A stretch of DNA of 64,000 nt from Chthoniobacterales bacterium (GTDB lineage Bacteria > Verrucomicrobiota > Verrucomicrobiia > Chthoniobacterales > UBA10450). Both the position numbers and the translations under genes were made by a program. The stretch's first letter is position 1. Every line of letters begins with the position of its first letter. The stretch lies in the NCBI GenBank assembly GCA_038230335.1, contig JBBRNL010000003.1, positions 59,085-123,084 of the forward strand, read 5' to 3'. Below, piece by piece: positions 10,594 to 20,639 of the stretch. The notes beneath the pieces are model-generated. The model did no database searches and was not told the origin of the DNA. It saw only the letters and a list, made by a program, of their open reading frames with translations.

Positions 10594-10905
10594 CTACAGC
10601 CCCATCCCGGGCAGGCTGAGGCCGCCGGTGATTTTCGTCATCTCGGATTGGGCCAGTGCTTTGCCCTGTTCGATCGCGCTTCTGACTCCGGTCAGCACGG
10701 CTTCCTCGAGGAAGTCCACGTCATTGGGATCCACGATTTCCTTATCGATCTTGATCGAAAGGACGTCGCCCGCGCCGTTCGCCGTCACTTTGACTTTTCC
10801 TCCGGCGGCGCTGACCTCGACCGTTTTGTCCTCGAGCTCGGCCTGAGTTTTGGCCATCTGCTCCTGCATCTTCTGCGCCTGCTTCATTAGCTTGTTCAGA
10901 TTCAT
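10594..10905 (-). CDS. ybaB: nucleoid-associated protein YbaB/EbfC
   Basis: 103 aa. MNLNKLMKQAQKMQEQM...VSAAGGKVKVTANG... is the classic YbaB pattern, and the gene lies immediately downstream of dnaX as in most bacteria. Confidence 0.92.
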   Translation of the reverse strand: MNLNKLMKQAQKMQEQMAKTQAELEDKTVEVSAAGGKVKVTANGAGDVLSIKIDKEIVDPNDVDFLEEAVLTGVRSAIEQGKALAQSEMTKITGGLSLPGMGL

Positions 10906-10921
10906 GATGGTGCTTTTTGCC

Positions 10922-12604
10922 TTAGGACTTGATTTGGCCTTTGAACATCTCGAGCGCCTGCTGGATGAGCGGGTCGTCTTTGAAGTTGTCTTTCAAATCC
11001 GTCTCCGCGTTCGTTTTTTTTGTCTCGAGCCCTTCCCTGACTTCCAGCTTGAGCGTCCATTCGTGGCCGCTCACCTCTTTAAGAAGATGCTCGAGCTGCT
11101 TGCGGTTGCTTGTCGTGGCCAATGTTTCAATGGCCGACTTTTGATCGGGCGGGTAACCGAGCACGAAGCTTCGACCGTCCACTCCGATGACTGCGAGAGA
11201 ATCCACAAGCGTGCGGAGAAAGCCGCGTGGCGAAACCTTTGTACAAACAGCGGCCCAGGTCGCGGCGGGATCGACGGAGCGCGGCGCCTCGATCGGCGGT
11301 GCCGGCGGCGGCGCCTTTTCAGCGATGCGCGCGGCCGGCTTACTTTCCATGGCAGGACGAATCACTCCTTTGGCGGAAGGCGCTTTCGCAAGATTCGGCT
11401 CCACTTTCTTCACAGGCAGCGTCCGGGCGGGCGTCGCCGGTGTGGATGCCCTGGCCGGACCCTCCTTGCCATCGCGCAAGGCGTTCAGATTTTCGATGAC
11501 CTGGTTTAACGTAACCTGGCTGAGGCTCTGGATGGCTTTGATCAGGGCCACCTCGAAATGCAGTTTCTTGTTTGGCGCCCATTTCATGCGCGCTTCCGCT
11601 TCGGCGAATTGATCGATCAATTCGAGAAGCCGGTCGGTTTCAATCAACTGGGCGTGGGCGGCGAGCGCAGTTTGTATTTCGGAGTCAACATCCTCGTTGA
11701 GCGCGTCCGGTTTTACCTTAAAGATGAGCAGATCGCGCGAGTAACTGATGAGGTCCGACATCAGCCGCATCATGTCCTTACCCGATTCAGATTCGTCGTG
11801 CAAAAGCTGGACTGCTTCGGCCGTGGCGCTGCTCAGGATCTTCTCCGTGAAATTGGCGACGGTCTGCTGGCTGGTAAATCCGAAGACCTTGAGCACATCG
11901 GTTTCCGCGATATTTTCGCCGCAGAAAGCGACCAGCTGGTCGAGCATTGATTCAGCATCGCGCAGGCCGCCCTCGGCGCCACGAGCGATGGCATGCGCAG
12001 CGGCCGGTTCCAAAGTAATTTTCTCCTGGCCCGCGATAAACTGGAGGTGGTTGGCGATCAGGTTTGTCGGGATACGATGGAGATCGAAGCGCTGGCAGCG
12101 GCTCAGGATGGTCGAAAGCACCTTCTGCGGTTCGGTCGTGGCGAAGATAAATTTCACATGCGGGGGCGGCTCTTCCAGAGTTTTGAGCAAGGCGTTGAAG
12201 GCGGCCGAGGAAAGCATGTGCACCTCGTCGATGAGGTAGATTTTGTATTTCCCCTTGGCTGGCGCGTACCTGACGTTGTCGCGCAGCTCGCGCACATCCT
12301 CGACGCTGTTGTTGCTCGCCCCGTCGATTTCGATGACGTCGAGACTATTGCCTCCCGTTATTTCCTTGCAATTATCGCATACGCCGCAGGGCGTGATGGT
12401 CGGTCCGTGAATGCAATTAAGCGCCTTGGCCAGGATGCGCGCGGTAGAAGTTTTGCCGACGCCGCGGGGACCGACGAAAAGGTAGGCATGCGCGAGCCGG
12501 TTTTGGGAGACGGCGTTTTTGAGAGTCTGCGCAACGTGAGCCTGCCCCACGAGGTCATCGAACGTTTGAGGGCGGTATTTGCGGGCGAAGACCTGATAAG
12601 TCAC
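10922..12604 (-). CDS. dnaX: DNA polymerase III subunit gamma/tau
   Basis: 560 aa. KYRPQTFDDLVGQ, Walker A GPRGVGKTS, the zinc module CGVCDNC, YLIDEVHMLS and SRCQRF are all present. Confidence 0.95.
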   Translation of the reverse strand: MTYQVFARKYRPQTFDDLVGQAHVAQTLKNAVSQNRLAHAYLFVGPRGVGKTSTARILAKALNCIHGPTITPCGVCDNCKEITGGNSLDVIEIDGASNNSVEDVRELRDNVRYAPAKGKYKIYLIDEVHMLSSAAFNALLKTLEEPPPHVKFIFATTEPQKVLSTILSRCQRFDLHRIPTNLIANHLQFIAGQEKITLEPAAAHAIARGAEGGLRDAESMLDQLVAFCGENIAETDVLKVFGFTSQQTVANFTEKILSSATAEAVQLLHDESESGKDMMRLMSDLISYSRDLLIFKVKPDALNEDVDSEIQTALAAHAQLIETDRLLELIDQFAEAEARMKWAPNKKLHFEVALIKAIQSLSQVTLNQVIENLNALRDGKEGPARASTPATPARTLPVKKVEPNLAKAPSAKGVIRPAMESKPAARIAEKAPPPAPPIEAPRSVDPAATWAAVCTKVSPRGFLRTLVDSLAVIGVDGRSFVLGYPPDQKSAIETLATTSNRKQLEHLLKEVSGHEWTLKLEVREGLETKKTNAETDLKDNFKDDPLIQQALEMFKGQIKS

Positions 12605-12750
12605 GACAAAACCTTAGCGTGTCCGGAATGCGGCGAAAGGCGAAAGATGGGATTGGAGGAGGGAAGCGGGGAAAATTGAGGAAACGCCGACGGCGAACGC
12701 TGAACAACGAACGCTGAATTGCGGAAGCTGAAGTCGGAGACGCGGGGATT

Positions 12751-12778
12751 CGGCGGTCATAGACCGCCGCTACAGAAG
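12751..12778 (+). repeat. hairpin repeat module (CGGCGGTC-ata-GACCGCCG + CTACAGAAG), copy a
   Basis: cggcggtcatagaccgccgctacagaag. It has an 8-bp stem and a 3-nt loop. Confidence 0.8.
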
Positions 12779-12802
12779 AGGATAATGCGGGATTTGCTCT
12801 CT

Positions 12803-12841
12803 AATCTGTGGGGATTTCGGGCTCTTAAATCTGTGGCTAAA
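12803..12841 (+). repeat. dispersed intergenic repeat, core copy 4
   Basis: aatctgtggggatttcgggctcttaaatctgtggctaaa, in the dnaX upstream spacer. Confidence 0.85.
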
Positions 12842-13075
12842 GATTCTGGTTCCAGGGGATCGAAGGCGATTACGAGCATAAGCATGCGCACGAGTTTGTC
12901 CTCACATTGGGAAGTTGAAAGCTTCCCATACAGGGCCGCGGGGATTTAGCATTGCTCTTGTAACGGAACCAAAAAGTTTGTCGCGGGTGATTTGGATTTT
13001 GGGGCGCGAAGGTTATGTCGATCAGCCGCCGCTCATCGCATTCGTCGCCTGGAGGGACTGACAGAACATGAGAGA

Positions 13076-14164
13076 ATGGAATTGATGGAAACAAATTCAC
13101 AGGAGCAACTTTCCGTATTCTTTCTCTCGCAAGGAGAGCAAACGGCCGATTCGGTCATGGCCCGTTTGACCCATTTCATAGGGAGCGCGCAGCGAAGCCT
13201 GGACTTTGCTCTTTACGACCTGCGTCTGAGCGATGTCTTGAAAAACGCGCTGGCCGGGGCTTTGCGGGAGCGGGCCAGCCAGGGCGTGCATATCCGCATT
13301 TGCTTTGATGGGGACAAGCCGCTCCATCCCGATCTCGCTCTTGGGCAGGATCCAGCCGCCCCTGGAACGAGCGCTGCCGTCGAGTCGTTAGGCTATCCGT
13401 GGCGTCGCATTGCCGGGATGAAGCTGATGCATCACAAGTTTATCGTGCGCGATGCAGCCTCTGTCTGGACCGGTTCGCTCAATCTGACGGACGATGCCTT
13501 TACCCTGATGGAAAACAACGTCGTGGAAATCGCGTCGCCGCAAGTGGCCGGGTATTACGCGGTGGATTTCGAGCAGTTATGGGAGAAGCAGAATTTCGAG
13601 AACACCGGTGACATCAAGACGGTGGCGGTACCTCTAACCTTCTCCGGTCAGCCGGCCACCTTGCAGGTGATGTTCTCACCCGGATATGGTCTCGCCATCG
13701 ACGAAGAGATCGCCCGACGCGTGCGCAGCGCGCAACGCCGGGTTCGCATCTGCAGTTTACTCCTCAATTCGGGCACGTTGATCAGCGCCCTGCAATCTGT
13801 GCTCACGGCCGGGCGCGTCAAAGTAGACGGCATTTACGATCGAACGCAGATGAGTGATGTCTACCGGCAATGGCAGACTGTGCCGCAAAACCATTGGAAG
13901 GTGCCAGCGCTGCGCGACGTGATCGCGCGGGCTGGTTTGGCCGGCAAAGACTCGACGCCGTACACCCCGACGGGACGGCACGATTTCATGCACAACAAGG
14001 TTTTGCTGATCGACGACACAGTGATTACGGGGTCGTATAATTTCTCGCGCAGTGCGCAATTCAACGCCGAGAACATTCTCTTCATCGAGAGTGCGGCCTT
14101 GGCGGAAAAGTACAGCGCTTACATCGATCATCTCATCGAGAAATATGGCCACGTGCAAAAGTGA
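13076..14164 (+). CDS. phospholipase D-family (two HKD motifs) protein
   Basis: ORF 12992..14164 (start uncertain; MELMETN at 13076). HKD motif 1 is HHKFIVRDAASVWTGSLNLTDD and HKD motif 2 is MHNKVLLIDDTVITGSYNFSRSA. Confidence 0.85.
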   Translation: MELMETNSQEQLSVFFLSQGEQTADSVMARLTHFIGSAQRSLDFALYDLRLSDVLKNALAGALRERASQGVHIRICFDGDKPLHPDLALGQDPAAPGTSAAVESLGYPWRRIAGMKLMHHKFIVRDAASVWTGSLNLTDDAFTLMENNVVEIASPQVAGYYAVDFEQLWEKQNFENTGDIKTVAVPLTFSGQPATLQVMFSPGYGLAIDEEIARRVRSAQRRVRICSLLLNSGTLISALQSVLTAGRVKVDGIYDRTQMSDVYRQWQTVPQNHWKVPALRDVIARAGLAGKDSTPYTPTGRHDFMHNKVLLIDDTVITGSYNFSRSAQFNAENILFIESAALAEKYSAYIDHLIEKYGHVQK

Positions 14165-14241
14165 AGCGGCTCGCACGCAGCTAGCCTCTGAATTGAGGGT
14201 TGGACGTTGAGCATTGGGCGTTGGACGGTTGCTTCGCTTCT

Positions 14242-15456
14242 ATGAAAAGAATTGTGCTCCTGCTCGCCGGCATCGCAGTGGTCGATGCCTGGGCGCGTGA
14301 GCCCATCACGTCGCCTCCTCCGAAAGTCCAACCGTCTCCCGCGCTCACCGATAAACCGGTGCGCGCCCGTGATCTTGGTATCCCCTTCGATGGCTTGCCC
14401 GGTGCATGGAACTCGATCACCGATGTGTCCGGTGTCGAGGTTGGCTACACCACGCTGATTCGTGGCGAAGGAAAACTCGAAGCGGGCAAGGGCCCGGTCC
14501 GAACCGGAGTGACGGCCGTGATCCCGCGCGGGCACGCGTCGCTCAACGACCCGGTTTATGGCGGCGTCTTCAGCCTGAATGGAAACGGCGAAATGACCGG
14601 GACGGCCTGGTTGGAGGAAAGCGGGTTCCTGGAAGGGCCGGTTGTCATTACGAATACGCACAGCGTTGGAGTAGCGCGGGACGCGGTGATCGCATGGCGT
14701 GTCAACCATGGCGCCGCCGACAACACCGGCTACTGGTGGAGCCTGCCCGTGGTGGCGGAGACGTGGGATGGTTATCTGAACGACATCAACGGATTTCATG
14801 TCAAGCCGGACGATGTCTTTCATGCGCTCGATTCGGCGCACAGCGGCCCGATCGAGGAGGGAAGCGTGGGAGGCGGCACTGCCATGATCTGTTATGAATT
14901 CAAAGGTGGCACAGGCACGGCCTCACGAAAGATCGACGTCAGGTCGGATAAGAAATCTCCGGCGCAAACTTATACGGTGGGCGTCCTGGTGCAGGCCAAC
15001 TGCGGCCGTCGTCCCAGTCTAACGATTGCAGGAGTTCCGGTGGGCCGGGAGATTCCGGAGAACTCCGTATTCAGCCGGGAGAACGGATCCATCATCATCG
15101 TGGTGGCGACGGACGCTCCGCTCCTGCCTCATCAGCTGAAGCGGCTGGCCCGGCGCGCGACGCTCGGACTGGCGCGCACAGGCAGTTATTCGGGGAATGG
15201 ATCCGGTGATCTGTTCATCGCTTTTTCCACGGCTAACCCAAAGGTGGCCAATCCAGATCGTGGGACGCATGCCGTCGAAACCATCCCGAATGATCTGCTC
15301 GATCCCATTTTCGAAGGCGTCGTGCAAGCCACGGAGGAAGCGATCTTGAACGCGCTGGTGGATAATCACGACATGACCGGCGCGGACAATCATCATGTCA
15401 CGGCGCTGCCGCACGACAAGGTGCGGGAATTATTGCAAAAATATAATCGTCGTTAG
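14242..15456 (+). CDS. P1/S58 family peptidase (DmpA-like L-aminopeptidase/D-esterase), secreted
   Basis: ORF 14200..15456, with start taken at MKRIVLLLAGIAVVDA. NSITDVSGVEVGYTT and GSIIIVVATDAPLLPHQLKRLARRA are typical of DmpA/S58. Confidence 0.85.
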   Translation: MKRIVLLLAGIAVVDAWAREPITSPPPKVQPSPALTDKPVRARDLGIPFDGLPGAWNSITDVSGVEVGYTTLIRGEGKLEAGKGPVRTGVTAVIPRGHASLNDPVYGGVFSLNGNGEMTGTAWLEESGFLEGPVVITNTHSVGVARDAVIAWRVNHGAADNTGYWWSLPVVAETWDGYLNDINGFHVKPDDVFHALDSAHSGPIEEGSVGGGTAMICYEFKGGTGTASRKIDVRSDKKSPAQTYTVGVLVQANCGRRPSLTIAGVPVGREIPENSVFSRENGSIIIVVATDAPLLPHQLKRLARRATLGLARTGSYSGNGSGDLFIAFSTANPKVANPDRGTHAVETIPNDLLDPIFEGVVQATEEAILNALVDNHDMTGADNHHVTALPHDKVRELLQKYNRR

Positions 15457-15473
15457 GCGTAATACGCGTGGAA

Positions 15474-15503
15474 ACGGCGGTCCTAGACCGCCGCTACAGA
15501 AGT
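15474..15503 (+). repeat. hairpin repeat module, copy b
   Basis: acggcggtcctagaccgccgctacagaagt, near-identical to 12751..12778. Confidence 0.8.
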
Positions 15504-15586
15504 CCAGGATCGGGATAACTCTTCCGAGCGGCGCTCTTCTCAGATCAATGGTTTGATCAGTGTGAGAAATTCCAAATCTGTTCTTT

Positions 15587-15625
15587 ATCTGTGGGGACTC
15601 AGGGCGCCTAAATCTGTGGCCGAAA
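15587..15625 (+). repeat. dispersed intergenic repeat, core copy 5
   Basis: atctgtggggactcagggcgcctaaatctgtggccgaaa. Confidence 0.8.
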
Positions 15626-15718
15626 TCTAAATGCTGAAATGGGAGTCGATCATGATTAGGAGCATGAGCATAGAGCGGAAAGCGGCCGCGGGGCGGGCCT
15701 ACCGAGTGAAGGCGCCGA

Positions 15719-15982
15719 TCACTGCGCGTAGCGAGGCAGGGAGATGTTTGAGCGTTGCTCGAATTTTTTCGTGAGCTTCACGAAGCCTGATCCGCGCACC
15801 GGCTTGAGCTCGGCTACAGCATCCGCCGGGACGACATGGACGCTGACGCAAGCGTCGCTCGGGTCGTTATCCGAAAATCGGCGTTCCCACTCCCTTCGCG
15901 CATGTTCGATCAAGTGGCTGAAATTGTTGTCGACGGCGCGAGGGAGGGCTTCGGTTGTTTCAATAACCGTTAGGTCCGTCAT
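15719..15982 (-). CDS. hypothetical small protein
   Basis: ORF 15719..16054, with internal start MTDLTVIE. No motif recognised. It lies next to a repeat-rich spacer. Confidence 0.3.
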   Translation of the reverse strand: MTDLTVIETTEALPRAVDNNFSHLIEHARREWERRFSDNDPSDACVSVHVVPADAVAELKPVRGSGFVKLTKKFEQRSNISLPRYAQ

Positions 15983-16194
15983 CGTTAGTCCGAGCTTTTT
16001 CACTTGAATGTAGTAACCAGCAGGATTTAAGCCGCCCTGATTTGCCGAAACCATTGCGGCTGTGACCTGCAGCCAACTTCTTGATTGAGAGTTGGTTGCG
16101 CGGCGCTGGGATTTGATCGGAAAGCGGGCCTCCGTCTCGGGCTATGGGGTCGCGAGTTGCGTGGCGACTCCTATTTGAGCTAAGTTGGAGGCTG

Positions 16195-18129
16195 ATGAAG
16201 AGGGTCATCCTGGTTCTTTGGGCAATTCGGTTGGTTCCGCGTCTGGTGCTGGCCCAGCAGACGCAGGCAACACCGGCGCGGTTTTTCGAGGTCGACCACA
16301 GCCAATTGCCGCCCGCCTTGCGCACGGTTCCGCTGGACCATCTCTCCTCGGGTGCCCTCATGTTGCTCGATCGCAACGGAACTCTCGTCCGACCGCCGAA
16401 ATCGGCCGGGACGAGCCCGGTCGGGGTGATGGCACCGCAAATGGACGTTGCGCTTGATCCACGCGTCGGCGCCAACATTCGACTGGGTGACGATCCGCCA
16501 GCACTCCCCGCGGACATGCGCGCCCAGGCCGAGCCGCACATCGCGCGGTCTCCGATCAATGCCGACTTTCTGGCCGCGACTTTTCAGGAAGGACGATTTA
16601 CTGACGGCGGTTCGGTCGATTGCGGATACTCCATCAGCAGCGATGGGGGCCTGAGCTGGAGTCGCGCTTTGATTCCAAATCTTACGCTAGCGAGTGGCGG
16701 TCCGTATTATCGCGACACCGATCCGGTGGCCGGCGTCGATTTGAACGGCTACGTGTATTTGAACACGGAAGGGGCGACGGATCCCAACTTCAACAACGGA
16801 ATCGTGCTGCTGAGCCGTTCCACGGACGGGGGTGCGACCTTCGGCTCGCCGGTTGTGGTTTACCAGCCGCCAGGCACCGGTGGTGTCTTTCCGGACAAGA
16901 ACTGGTTCGCCATCAATACATTTGCCGGGACACCGACCGTGGGACGACTCGTGGTCACTTTCACAAGATTCACGTCGAGTGCTTCCCCCATTGTCCGCGC
17001 CTACAGCGACAACGGCGGCGTGACCTGGAGCGCGATCGCGTTCGTCCATTCCTCGGGCACGAGCGCACAAGGATCGCAGCCGGTTTATCTCCCGAACGGA
17101 AAACTCGTGATTGTCTATTGGAATTTCGGCAATAGCAGTCTGGAGCTGGTCAATTCCAACGATGGCGGTGCGACTTTCGGCAATGCAAAACTGGTTACGC
17201 CAGTGAGCCAATACGCCGAGCCGTCCATTCGCAGTGGCGGCTTCCTGCCCTCGGCCGTGGCCGATCGCACGACCAATAATCTTTATGTGGTTTACCAGGC
17301 GCTCTTGTCGGGTCATCCGAGGATCGCATTCGTTAAATCTACCGACGGCGGAAACACGTGGAGCTCCCCGATCGCAATCAGTGATAACCCGACCACCGCG
17401 GGAGTGTTCAATCCGGCGATTGCCGCTTCGCCGAACGGCCAAACATTAACGACCGTCTTCTACGACCATCGCAATAACCCGGGCTCGAACACGCTGGTGG
17501 ATCTTTATCTTGCACAATCTTTCGACGGAGGCGCGACCTGGCAGCCAAACATTCGAGTGACCTCGACTTCGACGGATGCATCGCTCGCGCCGCTAACTCC
17601 AGACGGTTACATGCTGGGCGATTATCAGGGCGTCGCCGAGTCGACCAATGCCAATGTGCCGGCCGTTCCAGTGTGGATCGACACGCGCACGGGCAACCCC
17701 GATCCATTCGTCGCCCGGATCGGAATATCGCCGCAGTTAAATTTCGCGAGTTGGCAGGCCGGGCGTTTGTCGTTAGCCCAGATCGGTAACCCTCTTCTCG
17801 GTGGCGTCAATGGGGACGCAGACTTTGACGGCAAGGCAAACTTGCTGGAGTACGTGTTGGGAACTCCCCCTCTGGTGGCAGATCCCGTTGGTGTTACGAT
17901 CGAGTCAGTTGGCAGCATCTTCAATGTGACCTATCCGCGGCTGAAGGCTGTGACGGACGCGAGCGTGCATGCTTACCGTTCGACTGTTCTTTCGCCAAAC
18001 AGTTGGACTCGGACCGGCGTCACGGAAGCGATGTTCGCGGATGACGGCACGATTCAAAGCTGGCGCGCCTCCACCCCGGTCAATGGGGCGCCGGCTCTGT
18101 TCATGCGGTTGCAGGCGACTCAGCCCTGA
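16195..18129 (+). CDS. BNR/Asp-box repeat (sialidase-fold beta-propeller) secreted protein
   Basis: ORF 16144..18129, with start taken at MKRVILVLWAIRLV. It has six Asp-boxes: SSDGGLSWS, STDGGATFG, SDNGGVTWS, SNDGGATFG, STDGGNTWS and SFDGGATWQ. Confidence 0.85.
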   Translation: MKRVILVLWAIRLVPRLVLAQQTQATPARFFEVDHSQLPPALRTVPLDHLSSGALMLLDRNGTLVRPPKSAGTSPVGVMAPQMDVALDPRVGANIRLGDDPPALPADMRAQAEPHIARSPINADFLAATFQEGRFTDGGSVDCGYSISSDGGLSWSRALIPNLTLASGGPYYRDTDPVAGVDLNGYVYLNTEGATDPNFNNGIVLLSRSTDGGATFGSPVVVYQPPGTGGVFPDKNWFAINTFAGTPTVGRLVVTFTRFTSSASPIVRAYSDNGGVTWSAIAFVHSSGTSAQGSQPVYLPNGKLVIVYWNFGNSSLELVNSNDGGATFGNAKLVTPVSQYAEPSIRSGGFLPSAVADRTTNNLYVVYQALLSGHPRIAFVKSTDGGNTWSSPIAISDNPTTAGVFNPAIAASPNGQTLTTVFYDHRNNPGSNTLVDLYLAQSFDGGATWQPNIRVTSTSTDASLAPLTPDGYMLGDYQGVAESTNANVPAVPVWIDTRTGNPDPFVARIGISPQLNFASWQAGRLSLAQIGNPLLGGVNGDADFDGKANLLEYVLGTPPLVADPVGVTIESVGSIFNVTYPRLKAVTDASVHAYRSTVLSPNSWTRTGVTEAMFADDGTIQSWRASTPVNGAPALFMRLQATQP

Positions 18130-18273
18130 CAAGTAGAGTTCGGGGCAGAATTCGACGACGGCCTGCGCTCTCCGGTTATGCTGGAGCCGCCTCACTCTGT
18201 TGAGGCGTCCTGACTTTTTCGGCTTGCCCTAAGAACACGGCAACCGAGTGCCGTTGTTACAAAAGTTTCGCGA

Positions 18274-18678
18274 TTAATCGCGAAACTCGTAGTGAGCGCG
18301 GGTGAGATTCCCAAACTGCGTGATCCCGCCCGCCATATAGACATAGGCGCGGAGTTTCTTTGGAGACTGATTGCTCACGTAAATTCCACCGTCATGAAAA
18401 ACGGAATTGCCTCCGGTGTGTTCGAGAATCTTTCGAGGAGCCCTGTAGTAGCAGCCCAGATCATCGACGGCATAGAAGGAGTAGGGGCCGGGCGGAAAGT
18501 GCAGGGTGGCTACCTGAGTCCCGGCGAAGAGCTCGACGTAGTGAGGGACGTTTCCGGGCGGACCCTCCGCTACGACCTCAAAATGTCGATTCGCGCACGA
18601 GGTTAAAAGGAAATAGGAGAGCCCAAGAAACAGGAAGAGACAAAAGGATTTTCGCCACAGATAAACACAGAGTTTCAC
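18274..18678 (-). CDS. hypothetical lipoprotein
   Basis: 134 aa. The signal ...LGLSYFLLTSC looks like a lipobox. No other motif. Confidence 0.5.
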   Translation of the reverse strand: MKLCVYLWRKSFCLFLFLGLSYFLLTSCANRHFEVVAEGPPGNVPHYVELFAGTQVATLHFPPGPYSFYAVDDLGCYYRAPRKILEHTGGNSVFHDGGIYVSNQSPKKLRAYVYMAGGITQFGNLTRAHYEFRD

Positions 18679-18757
18679 AGACTGTGAAGAGGGAAATGCA
18701 TTTCTGAATCTGTGTCTATCTGTGTAAATCTATGGAGACCTCCCGTGCTTTAATCGT

Positions 18758-20566
18758 CTACTTCTCACTCAACACCTTCTGGATTGAAGTGGGATCATCC
18801 AAAAGAATCCATTCAATGACAGACAGAGGCAGGCTGCCGTTCTTGATCAGATCGTCATGAAACTGGCCGAGCCGGAAGTTTTCTCCCTGTTTGTCCTTGT
18901 AGCGGCCAAGCAGATTCATGATCTGCCATTTGCCGACGATGTAGCTGATTTTTTGGTGAGGTGATGCCGCGGCCCCAGCCGCTTCGCCTTCGGCCGCCTC
19001 GCGATCCAAGCCGCCCGCTTCCATGAAGTAATTGATGGCCTGTTCGAAAGTCCACCGGCCGGTGTGAAGGTTTACGTCGACCCCGATGCGCGCACCGCGG
19101 TAGCGGGAAAGACGGAGGATCTGTCCCTGAGCGGCCGAGTTGTCCGGATACAGACCCGTCCGCATCAGCATTTCTTCTCCATAAAGGGCCCAGCCTTCCA
19201 CAAAAACTCCATCCTGATTCTGACGGCGAATTTCATCCGTCAGGTGATTCGCAATGCAAAGCTGCATGAAGTGACCTGGAATTCCCTCGTGGCCCAGGAT
19301 GGGGCGCGGGTCTTCGATGGCGGCGCGAATGTAGAAATTCTTCGATTGCGGATTGTAGGTTGGAATGAAAAAGAAACCGGCTGGATCCTTATCGTAAACA
19401 CCCGGTGGATTCATGAAGCCGCCAGGGCTGGTCGGCTTGAACGCCTCCGGCAGTTGCCGAATCTCGAAGCGGCCGAGATAATCGGGAATGGTGACAAGAT
19501 TGTGCTCCTTGAGGAACGTGATCATTTCCTGCTCGCGACTTTCGTAAGCCTTGAGAAATGAGACTTGGTCGGGCGGAATGTTCGCGCTGCGCGCCGGATC
19601 GGGATCAGCCAGCTTCGGGTCCTTGAGCAAAGCTTCGAGCGCCCGATACCGCGCATTCTCGACCCGCCCGATCATCTCCACTTCCGCGGCGTTCAGGGGC
19701 AGGAGAAGGACATGCTTGAGATAGTAATTGTAATTGGCTTCGCCCATGGGGGCGAAGTCCACCATTTTCGGTAGGCGTTTTTCCAACTCGTCGGCAAAGC
19801 CGTGCAGGGCGACCAGCGCTTCGTCGCGTGCTTTGACCAGCGCTGCATGTTCGTTAGGGGGAAGTCCCGCATCCAGCGTCATGAGGCTGCCCGTGAAAAG
19901 CGTGTCGATCGAGCGGGCCGATTGCACGGCCAGTTGGGCGTAGAGTTTCACCGGGCTTTCCAGGTTGCTCAGTCCTTGTTGCAAAAGCGCCGGCATTTGC
20001 TGAAGCCGCGCGGTGGCCGAGCGGGCTCGCTGCGCCGGCGTGTCGTATTCCTTTTTCAGGAGGGAAAAGATCGCGCTCGTGCATTCGCCCACGTAAACCA
20101 ACGGATTGTTGTGTTCGAATTTCAGAACGCGACTTCCGAAATCGGCGCTTTCCAATTGAGAGCGAAAGAGGATCCAGTCGATGCGCTGGTCTTTCGACCA
20201 GTTATCCGTGCGCATGGCCCGGACTTTCTCGAGCAGGGCGTGCTCGTGCTGGGCGCGTTCGTTTATTTTCGCGGGCGAATAATCAGTCAGCCGATTATCC
20301 CAGGTGTGGAGGCCGAATTCGCTGCTCTGGACCGGATTATTTTCATTGCGCCAGGCGTAATAATCTTTGGCCAGCTTCATCAGGGCGGCCGGAGCCATCA
20401 CCTGGTCGTCGTTCGATTTCGTGATGAGCGCCTTGTTCGCCACGTCATTGCGACCATCGGAGGAGCCCGTCACCGGCGCCGGGCTGCCCGAGCTAGTTTG
20501 TGCGATAGCTTCACCGAGACCGATCGTGATGAGGAGCAGGCTGAGCAAAAAATTGATCGTTTTCAC
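18758..20566 (-). CDS. DUF885 family (putative metallopeptidase-like) secreted protein
   Basis: 602 aa with a signal peptide. The length and the C-terminal ILGHEGIPGHFMQ ... EGWALYGE pattern are characteristic of DUF885. Confidence 0.8.
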   Translation of the reverse strand: MKTINFLLSLLLITIGLGEAIAQTSSGSPAPVTGSSDGRNDVANKALITKSNDDQVMAPAALMKLAKDYYAWRNENNPVQSSEFGLHTWDNRLTDYSPAKINERAQHEHALLEKVRAMRTDNWSKDQRIDWILFRSQLESADFGSRVLKFEHNNPLVYVGECTSAIFSLLKKEYDTPAQRARSATARLQQMPALLQQGLSNLESPVKLYAQLAVQSARSIDTLFTGSLMTLDAGLPPNEHAALVKARDEALVALHGFADELEKRLPKMVDFAPMGEANYNYYLKHVLLLPLNAAEVEMIGRVENARYRALEALLKDPKLADPDPARSANIPPDQVSFLKAYESREQEMITFLKEHNLVTIPDYLGRFEIRQLPEAFKPTSPGGFMNPPGVYDKDPAGFFFIPTYNPQSKNFYIRAAIEDPRPILGHEGIPGHFMQLCIANHLTDEIRRQNQDGVFVEGWALYGEEMLMRTGLYPDNSAAQGQILRLSRYRGARIGVDVNLHTGRWTFEQAINYFMEAGGLDREAAEGEAAGAAASPHQKISYIVGKWQIMNLLGRYKDKQGENFRLGQFHDDLIKNGSLPLSVIEWILLDDPTSIQKVLSEK

Positions 20567-20639
20567 GGCCGCGATTGTAATAGCTTCCCGGCGATGAGGA
20601 AGCGCAAAGGGGCGACGAGGGCGTTACGGGAAATTTGAT

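Noticed and set aside
10850-12679. Long plus-strand ORFs (10850..11509, 11187..11612, 11558..11950, 11748..12239, 11993..12679) opposite dnaX
   Set aside because: They are antisense shadow ORFs of a well-supported gene in GC-rich DNA. Their products are Arg/Gly/Ala-rich with no motifs, whereas dnaX on the minus strand has every expected motif.
12605-12990. SRP (4.5S) RNA upstream of dnaX, a common location in bacteria
   Set aside because: I looked for the conserved GGAAGCAGCC / AGGTCCGGAAGG helix-8 motif on both strands and did not find it. The spacer is instead filled with the dispersed repeat modules.
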